From Clostridia bacterium (lineage in GTDB: Bacteria; Bacillota; Clostridia; Christensenellales; CAG-138): 64,000 nucleotides of DNA. A program made the translations under genes and the position numbers. The notes under the pieces were generated by a model. The model saw only the letters and a program-made list of their open reading frames with translations. It did no database searches and had not been told where the DNA came from. The stretch covers positions 21,453 through 85,452 of the forward strand of contig JAVBWI010000027.1 of assembly GCA_036677445.1 (NCBI GenBank). The letters run 5' to 3'. Positions 36,541-46,127 of this stretch are shown piece by piece. The first letter of the stretch is position 1; every line of letters begins with the position of its first letter.

Positions 36541-39500
36541 ATGTACAAGAAAGTTCCCACCACGCTGGATTTCGTATCCCGCGAAAAGGACGTGCTGGCG
36601 TTCTGGAAGGAAAACAAGGTGTTTGAAAAGAGCACCGGGCACCGCAAGGGCGCGAAAACCTATACGTTTTTCGACGGCCCGCCGACGGCCAACGGCAAGC
36701 CGCATATCGGCCATATACTCACCCGCTGCATAAAGGACATCATTCCCCGCTACAAGACCATGAAGGGGTACGACGTGCTGCGCAAGGCGGGCTGGGATAC
36801 GCACGGCCTGCCGGTAGAGCTGGAAGTTGAAAAACAGCTGGGGCTGGACGGCAAGGAGCAGATCGAAGCCTACGGCGTAGAGCCCTTCATCAAAAAATGT
36901 AAGGAATCCGTTTGGAAGTACAAGGGCGAGTGGGAAGAGATGAGCGACCGTGTCGGCTTCTGGGCGGATATGGAAAACCCGTACATCACCTACGACAACG
37001 ACTACATCGAATCCGAGTGGTGGGCATTAAAGCAGATCTACGAAAAGGGCCTTCTTTACAAAGGCCATAAGGTCGTGCCCTACTGCCCGCGCTGCGGCAC
37101 CGCGCTTTCCTCTCACGAGGTGGCCCAAGGATATAAGGACGTAAAGGATACCTCGGTCATCGTCAAGTTCAAGGTAAAGGGCGAGGAGAACGCCTACATA
37201 CTCGCATGGACGACCACGCCCTGGACGCTTCCTTCTAACGTCAGCCTGTGCGTCAACGCAAAGGAAACGTACGCGCGGGTCAAGGCGGACGGCGTCGTAT
37301 ACATTATGGCGGAATACCTCATTCCCTCCGTGCTGGGCGAAGATGCGGAAATACTTTCCCGTTTCCCCGGCAAGGATCTGGTGGGCACGGATTACGAGCC
37401 GCTGTTCGATTTCCCCGTGAACGCCGGCGGCAAGCGCGGCTGGTATGTGATGAGCGACGATTACGTTACGCTTACCGACGGCACCGGCGTCGTGCACAAC
37501 GCGCCCGCCTTCGGTGAAGACGACGCGCGCGTGGGCCGCGAATGGGACCTTCCCTTCATACAGCTGGTGGACGCCAAGGGTCACATGACCGGCGGCACGC
37601 CGTGGGACGGCATGTATGTCAAGGACGCCGACCACGCCATCATACACGATTTGGAGCACAGCGGGCTGCTGTTGCGCGCCATTGGCTTCGAGCACAACTA
37701 TCCGTTCTGCTGGCGCTGCGACACGCCGCTGATCTACTATGCCCGGAAGTCCTGGTTTGTGAAAATGACCGCGGTAAAGGAGAAGCTGATTGCCTTCAAC
37801 CGCCGCGTCAACTGGATTCCCGAAACCATCAAGGAAGGCCGCATGGGCAACTTTCTGGAGAACGTCATCGACTGGGGCATTTCCCGCGAGCGGTATTGGG
37901 GCACCCCGCTGCCGGTGTGGACCTGCTCAAAATGCGGCAAGATCCACGTGGTGGGCAGCATCGCGGAGCTGCGTGAACTTGGGAAAGACGTACCGGAGGA
38001 TATCGAGCTGCACAAGCCGTTTATCGACCAGGTGCACCTTTCTTGCCCCGACTGCGGCGGCGATATGAAGCGCGAGCCGGAGGTTATCGACTGCTGGTTC
38101 GACAGCGGCTCCATGCCCTTCGCGCAGTGGCACTATCCGTTTGAAAACAAGGATATATTCACGACCCGCTATCCCGCCGATTTTATCAGCGAGGCCATCG
38201 ACCAGACGCGCGGCTGGTTCTATACGCTGCTCGCGGTATCCACCTGTTTGTTTGACGACCCTTCCTTCCTCAACTGCATCGTGCTCGGCCATGTGCAGGA
38301 TAAGGACGGCCGCAAGATGTCCAAGCACCTGGGCAACGTCGTCGACCCGTGGACGGTGCTCAACAAGCAGGGCGCGGACGCGGTGCGCTGGTACTTTTTC
38401 ACCGCCTCCATGCCGTGGCTGCCCAACCGCTTCTACGAGGACGCCGTCAACGAGAGCCAGCGCAAGTTCATGGGAACGCTGTGGAACACCTACGCGTTTT
38501 ACATACTCTACGCCGAGATCGACAAGTTCGACCCGACGCAGCATAAGCTGGTACGCGAAAACCTGACCGAAATGGACCGGTGGGTGCTTTCCCGCCTGAA
38601 CACGCTCACCCGCGAGGTGGACGGGCACCTGGACGCCATGCGCATCACCGAGGGCGGCCGCGCGCTGCAGAAGTTCGTTGACGAGCTTTCCAACTGGTAT
38701 GTGCGCCGCTGCCGCGAACGCTTCTGGGGCAAGGATATGACGCCGGACAAGGAAGCCGCGTACATGACGCTGTATACCGTGCTGGAGACGCTCAACCGGC
38801 TGTGTGCGCCGTTTGTGCCCTTCCTTGCGGAAGAAATCTACCAGAACCTGGTGCGCACGGTGGATCAGACCGTTCCCGAAAGCGTGCATCTGTCCGACTA
38901 CCCTGCGGCCGATGCATCCTTCATCGATTCGGAGCTGGAAAATTGTATGGAGCGGGTGCTGGATATCGTGGTGCTGGGCCGCGCGGCGCGCAACACCGCC
39001 GCTATCAAGAACCGCCAGCCCATCGCCTGCATGTATGTGCAGGGTGAAGAGCTGCCCGCGGGCTATGTGGCCATCATCGCGGAGGAGCTCAACGTCAAGG
39101 AAGTCCGCTTTGTGGAGGACGCCTCCTCCTTCGTTTCCTACCGCGCCAAACCCCAGTTGAAGACATTGGGGCCGCGCTATGGCAAGGTGCTGCCCAAGAT
39201 CAACGCCTACCTTTCCGGCGACGGCGTGGGCGATCTGGTGGTGGCGGCGCACAACGCGGGGCAGGCGTATACCTTTGAGGTGGACGGCGCAGCCGTATCG
39301 CTGGAAAAGGAGGATGTGCTGGTTGAACCCATGCAGAAGGCGGGCTTTGTGACCGTGACAGAACGCGAGCTTTCCGTTGTGCTGGACACCAACCTGACCC
39401 CGGCGCTTATCGACGAAGGGTTCGTGCGCGAGGTGACCAGCAAGGTGCAGACCATGCGTAAGGAAGCAGGCTTCGACGTGACCGACCACATCGCGCTCAC

Positions 39501-39663
39501 CTACGCGGGCAACGCGCGCATGGCCGAGATTTTCGCCCGCTTTGGCGCGGATATCGCCGCGGATACGCTTTCGGACAGCGTAGAGGCCGCAGCACCTCGA
39601 GGATATGTGAAGGAGTGGGATATCAACGGCGAGGCCGTCACGCTGGGCGTGGAAAAGAAGTAG
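36541..39663 (+). CDS. ileS: Isoleucine-tRNA ligase, type 2
   Basis: DGPPTANGKPHIGH, GWDTHGLP, DWGISRERYWG, KMSKH; long C-terminus without the type-1 zinc finger. Confidence 0.97.
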   Translation: MYKKVPTTLDFVSREKDVLAFWKENKVFEKSTGHRKGAKTYTFFDGPPTANGKPHIGHILTRCIKDIIPRYKTMKGYDVLRKAGWDTHGLPVELEVEKQLGLDGKEQIEAYGVEPFIKKCKESVWKYKGEWEEMSDRVGFWADMENPYITYDNDYIESEWWALKQIYEKGLLYKGHKVVPYCPRCGTALSSHEVAQGYKDVKDTSVIVKFKVKGEENAYILAWTTTPWTLPSNVSLCVNAKETYARVKADGVVYIMAEYLIPSVLGEDAEILSRFPGKDLVGTDYEPLFDFPVNAGGKRGWYVMSDDYVTLTDGTGVVHNAPAFGEDDARVGREWDLPFIQLVDAKGHMTGGTPWDGMYVKDADHAIIHDLEHSGLLLRAIGFEHNYPFCWRCDTPLIYYARKSWFVKMTAVKEKLIAFNRRVNWIPETIKEGRMGNFLENVIDWGISRERYWGTPLPVWTCSKCGKIHVVGSIAELRELGKDVPEDIELHKPFIDQVHLSCPDCGGDMKREPEVIDCWFDSGSMPFAQWHYPFENKDIFTTRYPADFISEAIDQTRGWFYTLLAVSTCLFDDPSFLNCIVLGHVQDKDGRKMSKHLGNVVDPWTVLNKQGADAVRWYFFTASMPWLPNRFYEDAVNESQRKFMGTLWNTYAFYILYAEIDKFDPTQHKLVRENLTEMDRWVLSRLNTLTREVDGHLDAMRITEGGRALQKFVDELSNWYVRRCRERFWGKDMTPDKEAAYMTLYTVLETLNRLCAPFVPFLAEEIYQNLVRTVDQTVPESVHLSDYPAADASFIDSELENCMERVLDIVVLGRAARNTAAIKNRQPIACMYVQGEELPAGYVAIIAEELNVKEVRFVEDASSFVSYRAKPQLKTLGPRYGKVLPKINAYLSGDGVGDLVVAAHNAGQAYTFEVDGAAVSLEKEDVLVEPMQKAGFVTVTERELSVVLDTNLTPALIDEGFVREVTSKVQTMRKEAGFDVTDHIALTYAGNARMAEIFARFGADIAADTLSDSVEAAAPRGYVKEWDINGEAVTLGVEKK

Positions 39664-39670
39664 GATGATA

Positions 39671-39708
39671 GGTGTGGGAACCTTTTTCGTGAAAAAGGTT
39701 CCCACACC
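39671..39708. terminator. Perfect 17 bp inverted repeat between convergent genes
   Basis: GGTGTGGGAACCTTTTT-CGTG-AAAAAGGTTCCCACACC. Confidence 0.7.
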
Positions 39709-39744
39709 CTCTAAAAAGCAAAATTGTTCTGCTTACAAATCCGA

Positions 39745-40902
39745 TCATGCATTCAATTCCAGCGCCTCTGTCTGCACCACGCCGTAATTATCCGTTAACG
39801 ACACGCGTATTTGTACGTCGCCGCCTTCGGGTACGATGAACGGTTCGGCAAACGCGTTATAAAACATGCACTCGGAATATTGTCCGCTATCCACGGCGCC
39901 TTCCGGCGTAAAGCAGGCCGACAAATCGATATTTTGCTCCTGTACCGGCATGCCGTTCACCATAAGCTGCATGGTGCCGCTGACCGGCCAGTTACTCAGC
40001 ATCTCGCTGCCCTGCTCACTCGGCGGCCCATTATAGGTTGGCGTGACGTGCGTCACAATCTGCCCGGATATGCTCCACTGCCCGCCATTCACCGTAACCG
40101 ATCCGTTATGGGTAAGCCACACGGTCATTTGGTTGCGCTCTTTCAGGCCATAAACGGTCTCCAGGAGCTGGGTATGGGTTTCGCCATCCTTCTGAAAACC
40201 CGCGGACAACCGCATTTCGCTGCTGACAGGCAATGTTATGCTGCATTGAAACGCCCTCCCCGCGGTGAGCACGCCATCCGCCTCCACGATATCCATACCG
40301 GCCGCCGCCGAGAAAACGGCGGTCATGCCCTCCGTATAGGTTCGTGGCGTAGCCGTGATGTCCAGCGTGACCCGACCGGAGAATGGATCATACGCCGCGA
40401 CGGAATAAGAATAATCCGCGACAAGGCTGTCCTGCGCCTGCCACGGCACTGTGGCGTAGCTGTCAATCCCCTGCGCAGCATTTATTTGAATGGAATCGAT
40501 ACGGCTATTTAACATAGCGACCTGCTGCCGCACCGCATCGGATTGCCGGTTGAACAACAATATGCCGCCAATCAGAATGATAGCGGCCATACCGGCCAGG
40601 CTTAGAATGTATTGCCTTTTCATCTTTTTCAGCTGTACTTCCATACCGGCAAGCAACGCGTAAAAGCCTTCTGTGGATACTGCCGCCTTGGCTTTGCCGT
40701 TTTCCGCGCCTGTCGCAAGCAGTTCATCCACTCCAATGTTAAATAGCTTACTTAATTCCATCAGGTTGTCGAGCGTCGGTATGGCCGCGCCGGACTCCCA
40801 TTTGGAAACTGCCTGCCGCGATACGTGCAGAAGCTCGGCTAGCTTTTCCTGCGAATACCCGGCGGCCTTTCGAAGCTGCTGGATTCGTTCCGCTATTTGC
40901 AT
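39745..40902 (-). CDS. XRE-family HTH protein with a TM segment and large extracytoplasmic domain
   Basis: IQQLRKAAGYSQEKLAELLHVSRQAVSKWESG; TM ILSLAGMAAIILIGGILLF. Confidence 0.85.
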   Translation of the reverse strand: MQIAERIQQLRKAAGYSQEKLAELLHVSRQAVSKWESGAAIPTLDNLMELSKLFNIGVDELLATGAENGKAKAAVSTEGFYALLAGMEVQLKKMKRQYILSLAGMAAIILIGGILLFNRQSDAVRQQVAMLNSRIDSIQINAAQGIDSYATVPWQAQDSLVADYSYSVAAYDPFSGRVTLDITATPRTYTEGMTAVFSAAAGMDIVEADGVLTAGRAFQCSITLPVSSEMRLSAGFQKDGETHTQLLETVYGLKERNQMTVWLTHNGSVTVNGGQWSISGQIVTHVTPTYNGPPSEQGSEMLSNWPVSGTMQLMVNGMPVQEQNIDLSACFTPEGAVDSGQYSECMFYNAFAEPFIVPEGGDVQIRVSLTDNYGVVQTEALELNA

Positions 40903-41121
40903 AAATGCTCTCCCCCCGTTCTGTATTCATTCTACACGAAACCCTTTTCCCGCACCACCACTTCCCGGTTTCTTTCTGTCAACCGGCGGTTGCAGAGACC
41001 GAAAACATCAGGTTTGACACCCTCGCGCTGACAACTGACAAAACCGGCAAGCAGACTTGTCGGCTGTTATTCTTATGGTATCGCCACCTACGGTGGCGAC
41101 GAAAGATTATTTTATTTAATA

Positions 41122-41453
41122 GCGGGCGGGCTCCGCCCCCCGCGCCCCCTGGGGTACGGATTTACTTATGTCGGCCCCCATGTACATCTGCCTCATAACA
41201 TGCCGCCCTGTCGGCCTGCCCTTCAGGCATAATACACCAACCCATATAATCCGTTAAAACCGGCGATATGTGCGCCGGTTTTGACACCTTGCACGGCCGC
41301 CGCCCGCAACCTTAATATGTCGCCTTCGGCGACATCAGTGGTACCCGAAGGGTGGAAAACACCGTAGTGTTTTTGGCGGCCGTGAAAAAAACCGTCCCGC
41401 CGTGCAAAGCACGACGGGACGTAAAACTCGCGCAAATGCTTGCATTTGCGCGA
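41122..41453. repeat. Dispersed multi-hairpin repeat family C, copy 1
   Basis: 29 bp block GTTTTGACACCTTGCACGGCCGCCGCCCG (41278-41306) identical to 44544-44572, with colinear flanking similarity. Confidence 0.85.
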
Positions 41454-41458
41454 ACAGG

Positions 41459-42283
41459 CTATGCCTGTTGTAGCCATTCCGCCGGGCGGATATCCGCGAA
41501 ACCGGCTTCCTCATCCACCGTGCCCAGCGTCATCAGCGGGTAGTATTCCTGCACGCGCTTGACGCGCGGCTCCTGCGTGGCGACGATGACGCCGGTGCCG
41601 CATACCTGTACGTTAAACTCCTGCATCATGGCGACGAGCGCCTTCGCGGTGCCGCCTCCCTTCATAAAGTCGTCGATGATGAGCGCCTTCTGCCCCGCGA
41701 CAAGGCTGCGCCTGGGCAGGCTCATGGTCTGCACCCGTTTGGAGGAGGCGCTCATGTAATTGAGCGTCACCACCGAGCCTTCGGAAATGCGGTTGTCCCG
41801 CCGCGCGGTCACAAGGGGCTTGCCCAGCGCCTTTGCGACCATCAGCGAGATGGGCACGCCCATGGACTCTACCGTCACCACCACATCCGGCTGCTGGCGA
41901 TGAAATTTCTTTGCGAATATCTCGCCCATGCGGGTAAGCAGCCGCGGGTTGGAAAACAGGTCCACCGTGTAGAGGAAACCGCCCGCAAGGATACGCTCCT
42001 TTGTGGAAAGCTCCTTGCATAGTGTTTCCACGAACGCCGCATCCGCCGCATCCTCGTTGAACGGGAAAAAGCGCACGCCGCCCGCCGCGCCGTTGACGCT
42101 TTCCACCATGCCCTGGCCGTACTTTGCAAGCACGGTTCGTACGGTCGTGATGTCCTCGCTCAATGTGGATTTTGCACACCCGAACCACTCCACAAATTCC
42201 CGCAGCGTAAACAAACGCCCGGGTTCGCAACTTAACGCGCGCGTAATTGCAGCAACGCGCTCGCTCCGCTTCAATTTTTCCAT
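41459..42283 (-). CDS. purR: Pur operon repressor
   Basis: KLKRSER, AKSTLSED, GAAGGV, LAGGFLY, LIIDDFMKGGGT. Confidence 0.95.
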   Translation of the reverse strand: MEKLKRSERVAAITRALSCEPGRLFTLREFVEWFGCAKSTLSEDITTVRTVLAKYGQGMVESVNGAAGGVRFFPFNEDAADAAFVETLCKELSTKERILAGGFLYTVDLFSNPRLLTRMGEIFAKKFHRQQPDVVVTVESMGVPISLMVAKALGKPLVTARRDNRISEGSVVTLNYMSASSKRVQTMSLPRRSLVAGQKALIIDDFMKGGGTAKALVAMMQEFNVQVCGTGVIVATQEPRVKRVQEYYPLMTLGTVDEEAGFADIRPAEWLQQA

Positions 42284-42427
42284 TGCTCGGCCATCCTTCC
42301 CCTTATTGAAATCTGATTGTATTGTGTGATGCATAGCATAGGCACGACACGCCGCGCCCTTGCGCGTGCCGGATTATTAGGAACAGTATACCTAATTTCC
42401 CGCACGTTTACAAGTGCAAATTTAATG

Positions 42428-42441
42428 AACGTTCGGAAAAT
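42428..42441 (-). promoter_or_regulatory. Putative PurBox upstream of purR
   Basis: Minus strand ATTTTCCGAACGTT resembles the AWWWCCGAACWWT PurBox. Confidence 0.45.
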
Positions 42442-42526
42442 ATCCCGGATATGTTGAATCAAAAAAGCGGAGGCATTGCATTTCCCCTTCGCTGTTCCGA
42501 TGCGCAGGATGCAGCCTCCGGCCGCG

Positions 42527-42823
42527 TTACTTGCAAAGCTCTATCCGCGGGTTTTCATGGTTTTTGCGGTACAGCACCAGCTTACGCCCGATGCACTGCA
42601 CGATCTCCGCCCGAAGCGGTACCTTGAGCGCATCCGCCGCCTCCCGCGCGCCTAGCGGCGCGGTCTCGAGTACGGTGATTTTAATAAGCTCCCGCGCTTC
42701 CAGCGCCAGGGAAAGCTGCTCGATCATCTCCGTACCGATGCCGCTTTTACCGATTTGAAAAATCGGCTGCAGTGTGTTTGCCATACTCCGAAGCTGCGCC
42801 CTCTGCCTGCTGTTCAATTCCAT
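42527..42823 (-). CDS. yhbY: CRM-domain RNA-binding protein YhbY
   Basis: QRAQLRSMAN, IFQIGKSG, ELIKITVL, VQCIGRKLVLYR. Confidence 0.95.
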   Translation of the reverse strand: MELNSRQRAQLRSMANTLQPIFQIGKSGIGTEMIEQLSLALEARELIKITVLETAPLGAREAADALKVPLRAEIVQCIGRKLVLYRKNHENPRIELCK

Positions 42824-42942
42824 GCACTACCACCTTAATAAGATTTTTTTATCAGTATTCCCGCGAAAACGAACCTAAGTTCAAGAATAACGAGTCATCC
42901 CTACCGGCCGACGGAGCGATATTTCAACGCAGTCTATACCCA

Positions 42943-44148
42943 TTACGCAGTATACCTTGTATAGCCTAGCTGTATATAGTTGTATTCGTATTTCTCTTCA
43001 TAAGCCATTTCTCCTTCACCTTTAAGAAGTTTTATGAATATGCTATAAGTTTCGTCCGGCCCAACGCACCAACTCTTTGAGGCATAGCTGTAAGCTTCGC
43101 CATAAAGCGCAACATCGTTAAAATCAATATCTTTATAGTAACCATCCCTGGCATTCCCCAACGCTGCTGTAATTTGATTCCCCAGCGATGTGAACACCTT
43201 TTGAATCTGCTCAGGGCTTTTACCCATTACATTGATGTTATAATCAACACGGCTTATACGTTTGGAATCATCGTATGTGAATTCCAATGTGGTCTCGCAC
43301 CCTTCGATCAAGAGTCCTTCGATAATATACGTATAGGGATGCTCACCCTCATAAGAGTCCCATATCACGCCCGCATATGTCGGCGTGGCGTGATACTTGG
43401 ACAGTATGTCCTCCGTGCCTGCGGTAAACAATTCCGGATCATGATAGATACCCGTGGGATCGAAGGCCCAATCGGTATACTCCGGCTTTCTATCCAACGG
43501 ATAGTACGATATGTCATACCAATGAAAATAGGTGCGATCGAGCTTGTTCCGGTAAGCGGCAATATACATCGCCCTTCCTCTGGCACAGCTCTCTGTCGTT
43601 CCCAGTTCAAAGGTACAGTCTTTATGTTTCCACATGACAGTTGTTTCTTCCTCGAAACGGTCGCTGGGCTCAAGTTCCCAATAATCATTCCATTCATAAA
43701 AGGCGGAGGGCTCCCCAAGCAGCTTTTTCATCTCATAATAAATTTCCTCATAACCGGCGTACATGCTTTGCGTCGTATGCACCTGTTCAATTTCCCCATT
43801 CCTGACTATTATGCGCAGCATGGTAAAATCGCCGCCGATGTGCAGGCCGGTTATTTCATAAACGCCGGGTACTTCTTTATATTCCGCGTCATATTTCGCA
43901 GCGATCTGCCCGGCCGGCAGGGTAAACAGCTCGCTATCCCCAAATATGCCTGCCGGGTCGCAGGACGCCGGCAGAAGAGCCGCTGAAGGTAATTCTACAC
44001 TCTTCTCCGGCAGCCCTGAAGCTGATGGCGCTGAAGCGCCCGGCACAGGTGCGTTTGCGGAATCGGATGTTGGCTCCTGCAGCGCAGCCCTTGCGGCGCA
44101 GCCGCACAGAAATAAGCATACCAGCAGTATTACAGTAAAGCGTTTCAT
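42943..44148 (-). CDS. Hypothetical lipoprotein, lower GC, with an internally duplicated domain
   Basis: Lipobox LCGC; visibly AT-richer than neighbours; DPAGIFGDSELFT vs DPTGIYHDPELFT. Confidence 0.8.
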   Translation of the reverse strand: MKRFTVILLVCLFLCGCAARAALQEPTSDSANAPVPGASAPSASGLPEKSVELPSAALLPASCDPAGIFGDSELFTLPAGQIAAKYDAEYKEVPGVYEITGLHIGGDFTMLRIIVRNGEIEQVHTTQSMYAGYEEIYYEMKKLLGEPSAFYEWNDYWELEPSDRFEEETTVMWKHKDCTFELGTTESCARGRAMYIAAYRNKLDRTYFHWYDISYYPLDRKPEYTDWAFDPTGIYHDPELFTAGTEDILSKYHATPTYAGVIWDSYEGEHPYTYIIEGLLIEGCETTLEFTYDDSKRISRVDYNINVMGKSPEQIQKVFTSLGNQITAALGNARDGYYKDIDFNDVALYGEAYSYASKSWCVGPDETYSIFIKLLKGEGEMAYEEKYEYNYIQLGYTRYTA

Positions 44149-44227
44149 AGCTTTATTTCCTTCTGTGTTTCATTCAATCCATATCTTCACAAAATCCTGT
44201 ATCGCCGCTTACAGCGGCGGCGAAACG

Positions 44228-44393
44228 TGTCAAAAAAGTGCCGCGGCACTTTTTTGAGTTTTACAGGAACCGCCTGCACCTTCGGCGCGGCCGGCGGTTC
44301 CTGCAAGGAAAGCCTTACTCCGCAAGGCCTTACGCTCGCGCCGTACATACCGCCGCTCGCGAATAAAGCCTGCTGCGACGGCATCTTTTCAAC
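44228..44393. repeat. Family A repeat, copy 3 (shorter, closest to copy 1)
   Basis: TGTCAAAAAAGTGCCGCGGCACTTTTTTGA, CAGGAAC..GTTCCTG, AAAGCCTT..GCAAGG, CGCCGCTCGCGAA. Confidence 0.85.
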
Positions 44394-44418
44394 CCACCAA
44401 AAGCTCTTTCAATTTGCT

Positions 44419-44679
44419 GCGGGCGGGTTTCCGCTCCCCGTAAATACAGGCGTTTTCCCCATGACAGGCCGCTTTGTCGGCCTGTACTCCAAGCACAATA
44501 AGCCAAACCATATCATCCGTCAAAACTGACGACCTGTGCGTCAGTTTTGACACCTTGCACGGCCGCCGCCCGGAAAACGCCGCAGCGTTTTTAGGCGACC
44601 GTGAGAAAACCTTTCGTTTGAATGGGCCATAGCCCATTCAAGCGAAACCCTCGTGAAGATGGCTTTGCCATCTTCACGA
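44419..44679. repeat. Family C repeat, copy 2
   Basis: See copy 1; the last hairpin overlaps the obgE stop codon. Confidence 0.85.
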
Positions 44680-45945
44680 AATGAAGTCAAATTCCCACTC
44701 GCCCAGCCGTACCGTGCTGCCGTCTTCCGCGCCCGCCTCGCGCAGGGCCGCCACGATGCCTGTTTTTTGCAGCAGCATCTGGAAGCGGCGCATGGAGGCT
44801 TCGTCGTTGGGGTCGGTGGTGTCGAGTATGCGCTCCACATCCCCGCCGGTCACCACGAAGGCGCCGTCGTCCTCGCGGGTAATTGCAAAGCCCGGCTCGT
44901 ACTGGGGCTGCAGTTCCAGTTCTTCCTCGTCGTACTCGAGAACCGGCGGCAGCGTTATGAGCAGCTTGACCGTCGCATCCAGCAGTTGTTCCAATCCCTG
45001 ATGCCCTGCAGCGGATACGGGGAAAACGGAAATGCCTTTGGGTGTGAGTGCAGACTCAAGCTTTTTTAGTCCTTCTTCCGCCTCGGGGATATCCATTTTG
45101 TTGGCTGCCACGATTTGCGGCAGGGAAGCGAGCTTTTTGCTGTACGCCGAAAGCTCGGCGTTGATGGCGTCATAATCCTCCAGCGGGTCACGGCCTTCGC
45201 TGCCGCTCGCGTCCACCACATGCACCAGCATGCGGGTACGCTCCACATGGCGCAAAAAGTCGTGCCCAAGGCCCGCGCCTTCCGCCGCGCCCTCGATGAG
45301 GCCGGGGATATCCGCCAGCACAAAGCTCTTTTCATACCGCTGCACCACGCCCAGGTTGGGCGTGAGGGTGGTGAAATGATAATTGGCGATTTTGGGCTTC
45401 GCCGCGGTGAGCACGGAAAGCAGCGTGGACTTTCCCACGTTGGGAAGACCGATCAGCCCCACATCCGCGATGGTCTTGAGTTCCAGCTCCACCTCGCGCT
45501 CAAGCGTTTTCTGCCCCGGCTGCGCAAACCTCGGCGCCTGCCGGGTGGGCGTAGCGAAGCGCGCATTGCCCTTGCCGCCGTGCCCGCCGGGAAGCAGCAT
45601 GCGCGTTTTTCCGGGCCGGTTCATATCGGCGATGACGGCGCCCGTCTCTATATCGCGTACTACGGTGCCTACGGGCACCTTGACGACCATATCCTCGCCG
45701 TCCCGCCCGCGCGAAAGCTCTGCCTTGCCGTCCTCCCCGCGCTGCGCCCGGAAATGCCGCTGAAACTTGAACGCAAGCAGCGTCGTCTGGCCCGGGTCGG
45801 CTTCGAACACCACGTCCCCGCCGTGCCCGCCGTCGCCGCCGGACGGGCCGCCGCGCGCGACGTATTTTTCACGGTGGAAGGCCGAACAGCCGTCGCCGCC
45901 GTCGCCGGATTTGATTACGATCTTTGCCCTGTCTATAAACTGCAT
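44674..45945 (-). CDS. obgE: GTPase ObgE
   Basis: FIDRAKI..GDGGDG, IGLPNVGKST, DIPGLIEGA, NKMD, C-terminal GEWEFDF. Confidence 0.98.
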   Translation of the reverse strand: MQFIDRAKIVIKSGDGGDGCSAFHREKYVARGGPSGGDGGHGGDVVFEADPGQTTLLAFKFQRHFRAQRGEDGKAELSRGRDGEDMVVKVPVGTVVRDIETGAVIADMNRPGKTRMLLPGGHGGKGNARFATPTRQAPRFAQPGQKTLEREVELELKTIADVGLIGLPNVGKSTLLSVLTAAKPKIANYHFTTLTPNLGVVQRYEKSFVLADIPGLIEGAAEGAGLGHDFLRHVERTRMLVHVVDASGSEGRDPLEDYDAINAELSAYSKKLASLPQIVAANKMDIPEAEEGLKKLESALTPKGISVFPVSAAGHQGLEQLLDATVKLLITLPPVLEYDEEELELQPQYEPGFAITREDDGAFVVTGGDVERILDTTDPNDEASMRRFQMLLQKTGIVAALREAGAEDGSTVRLGEWEFDFIS

Positions 45946-45958
45946 GTTTGCTCCTGTC

Positions 45959-46120
45959 TTAGTAACCACGGATGAATTCGAAACGTTGTGTTGACGGCTG
46001 TTTCACGTCCTGCCGCGTCACTAAAATCTTGAATAGCGCTGCTATCCCTTCGATTTTGCCCCTTGCAGACATGAAACCATCCCGTCAATATCATCCCTCA
46101 TTTCATCAGCGCCTACTTAG
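45959..46120. repeat. Family B repeat, copy 2
   Basis: Colinear with 3431-3596; ends GATGAA / TTCATC. Confidence 0.85.
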
Positions 46121-46127
46121 TCCTCCA

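Noticed and set aside
37927-39705. Long antisense ORFs (also 7387-8697, 13599-15248, 19699-21450, 46791-48353 and others)
   Set aside because: They are shadow frames opposite well-supported genes in GC-rich DNA and have no recognisable motifs.
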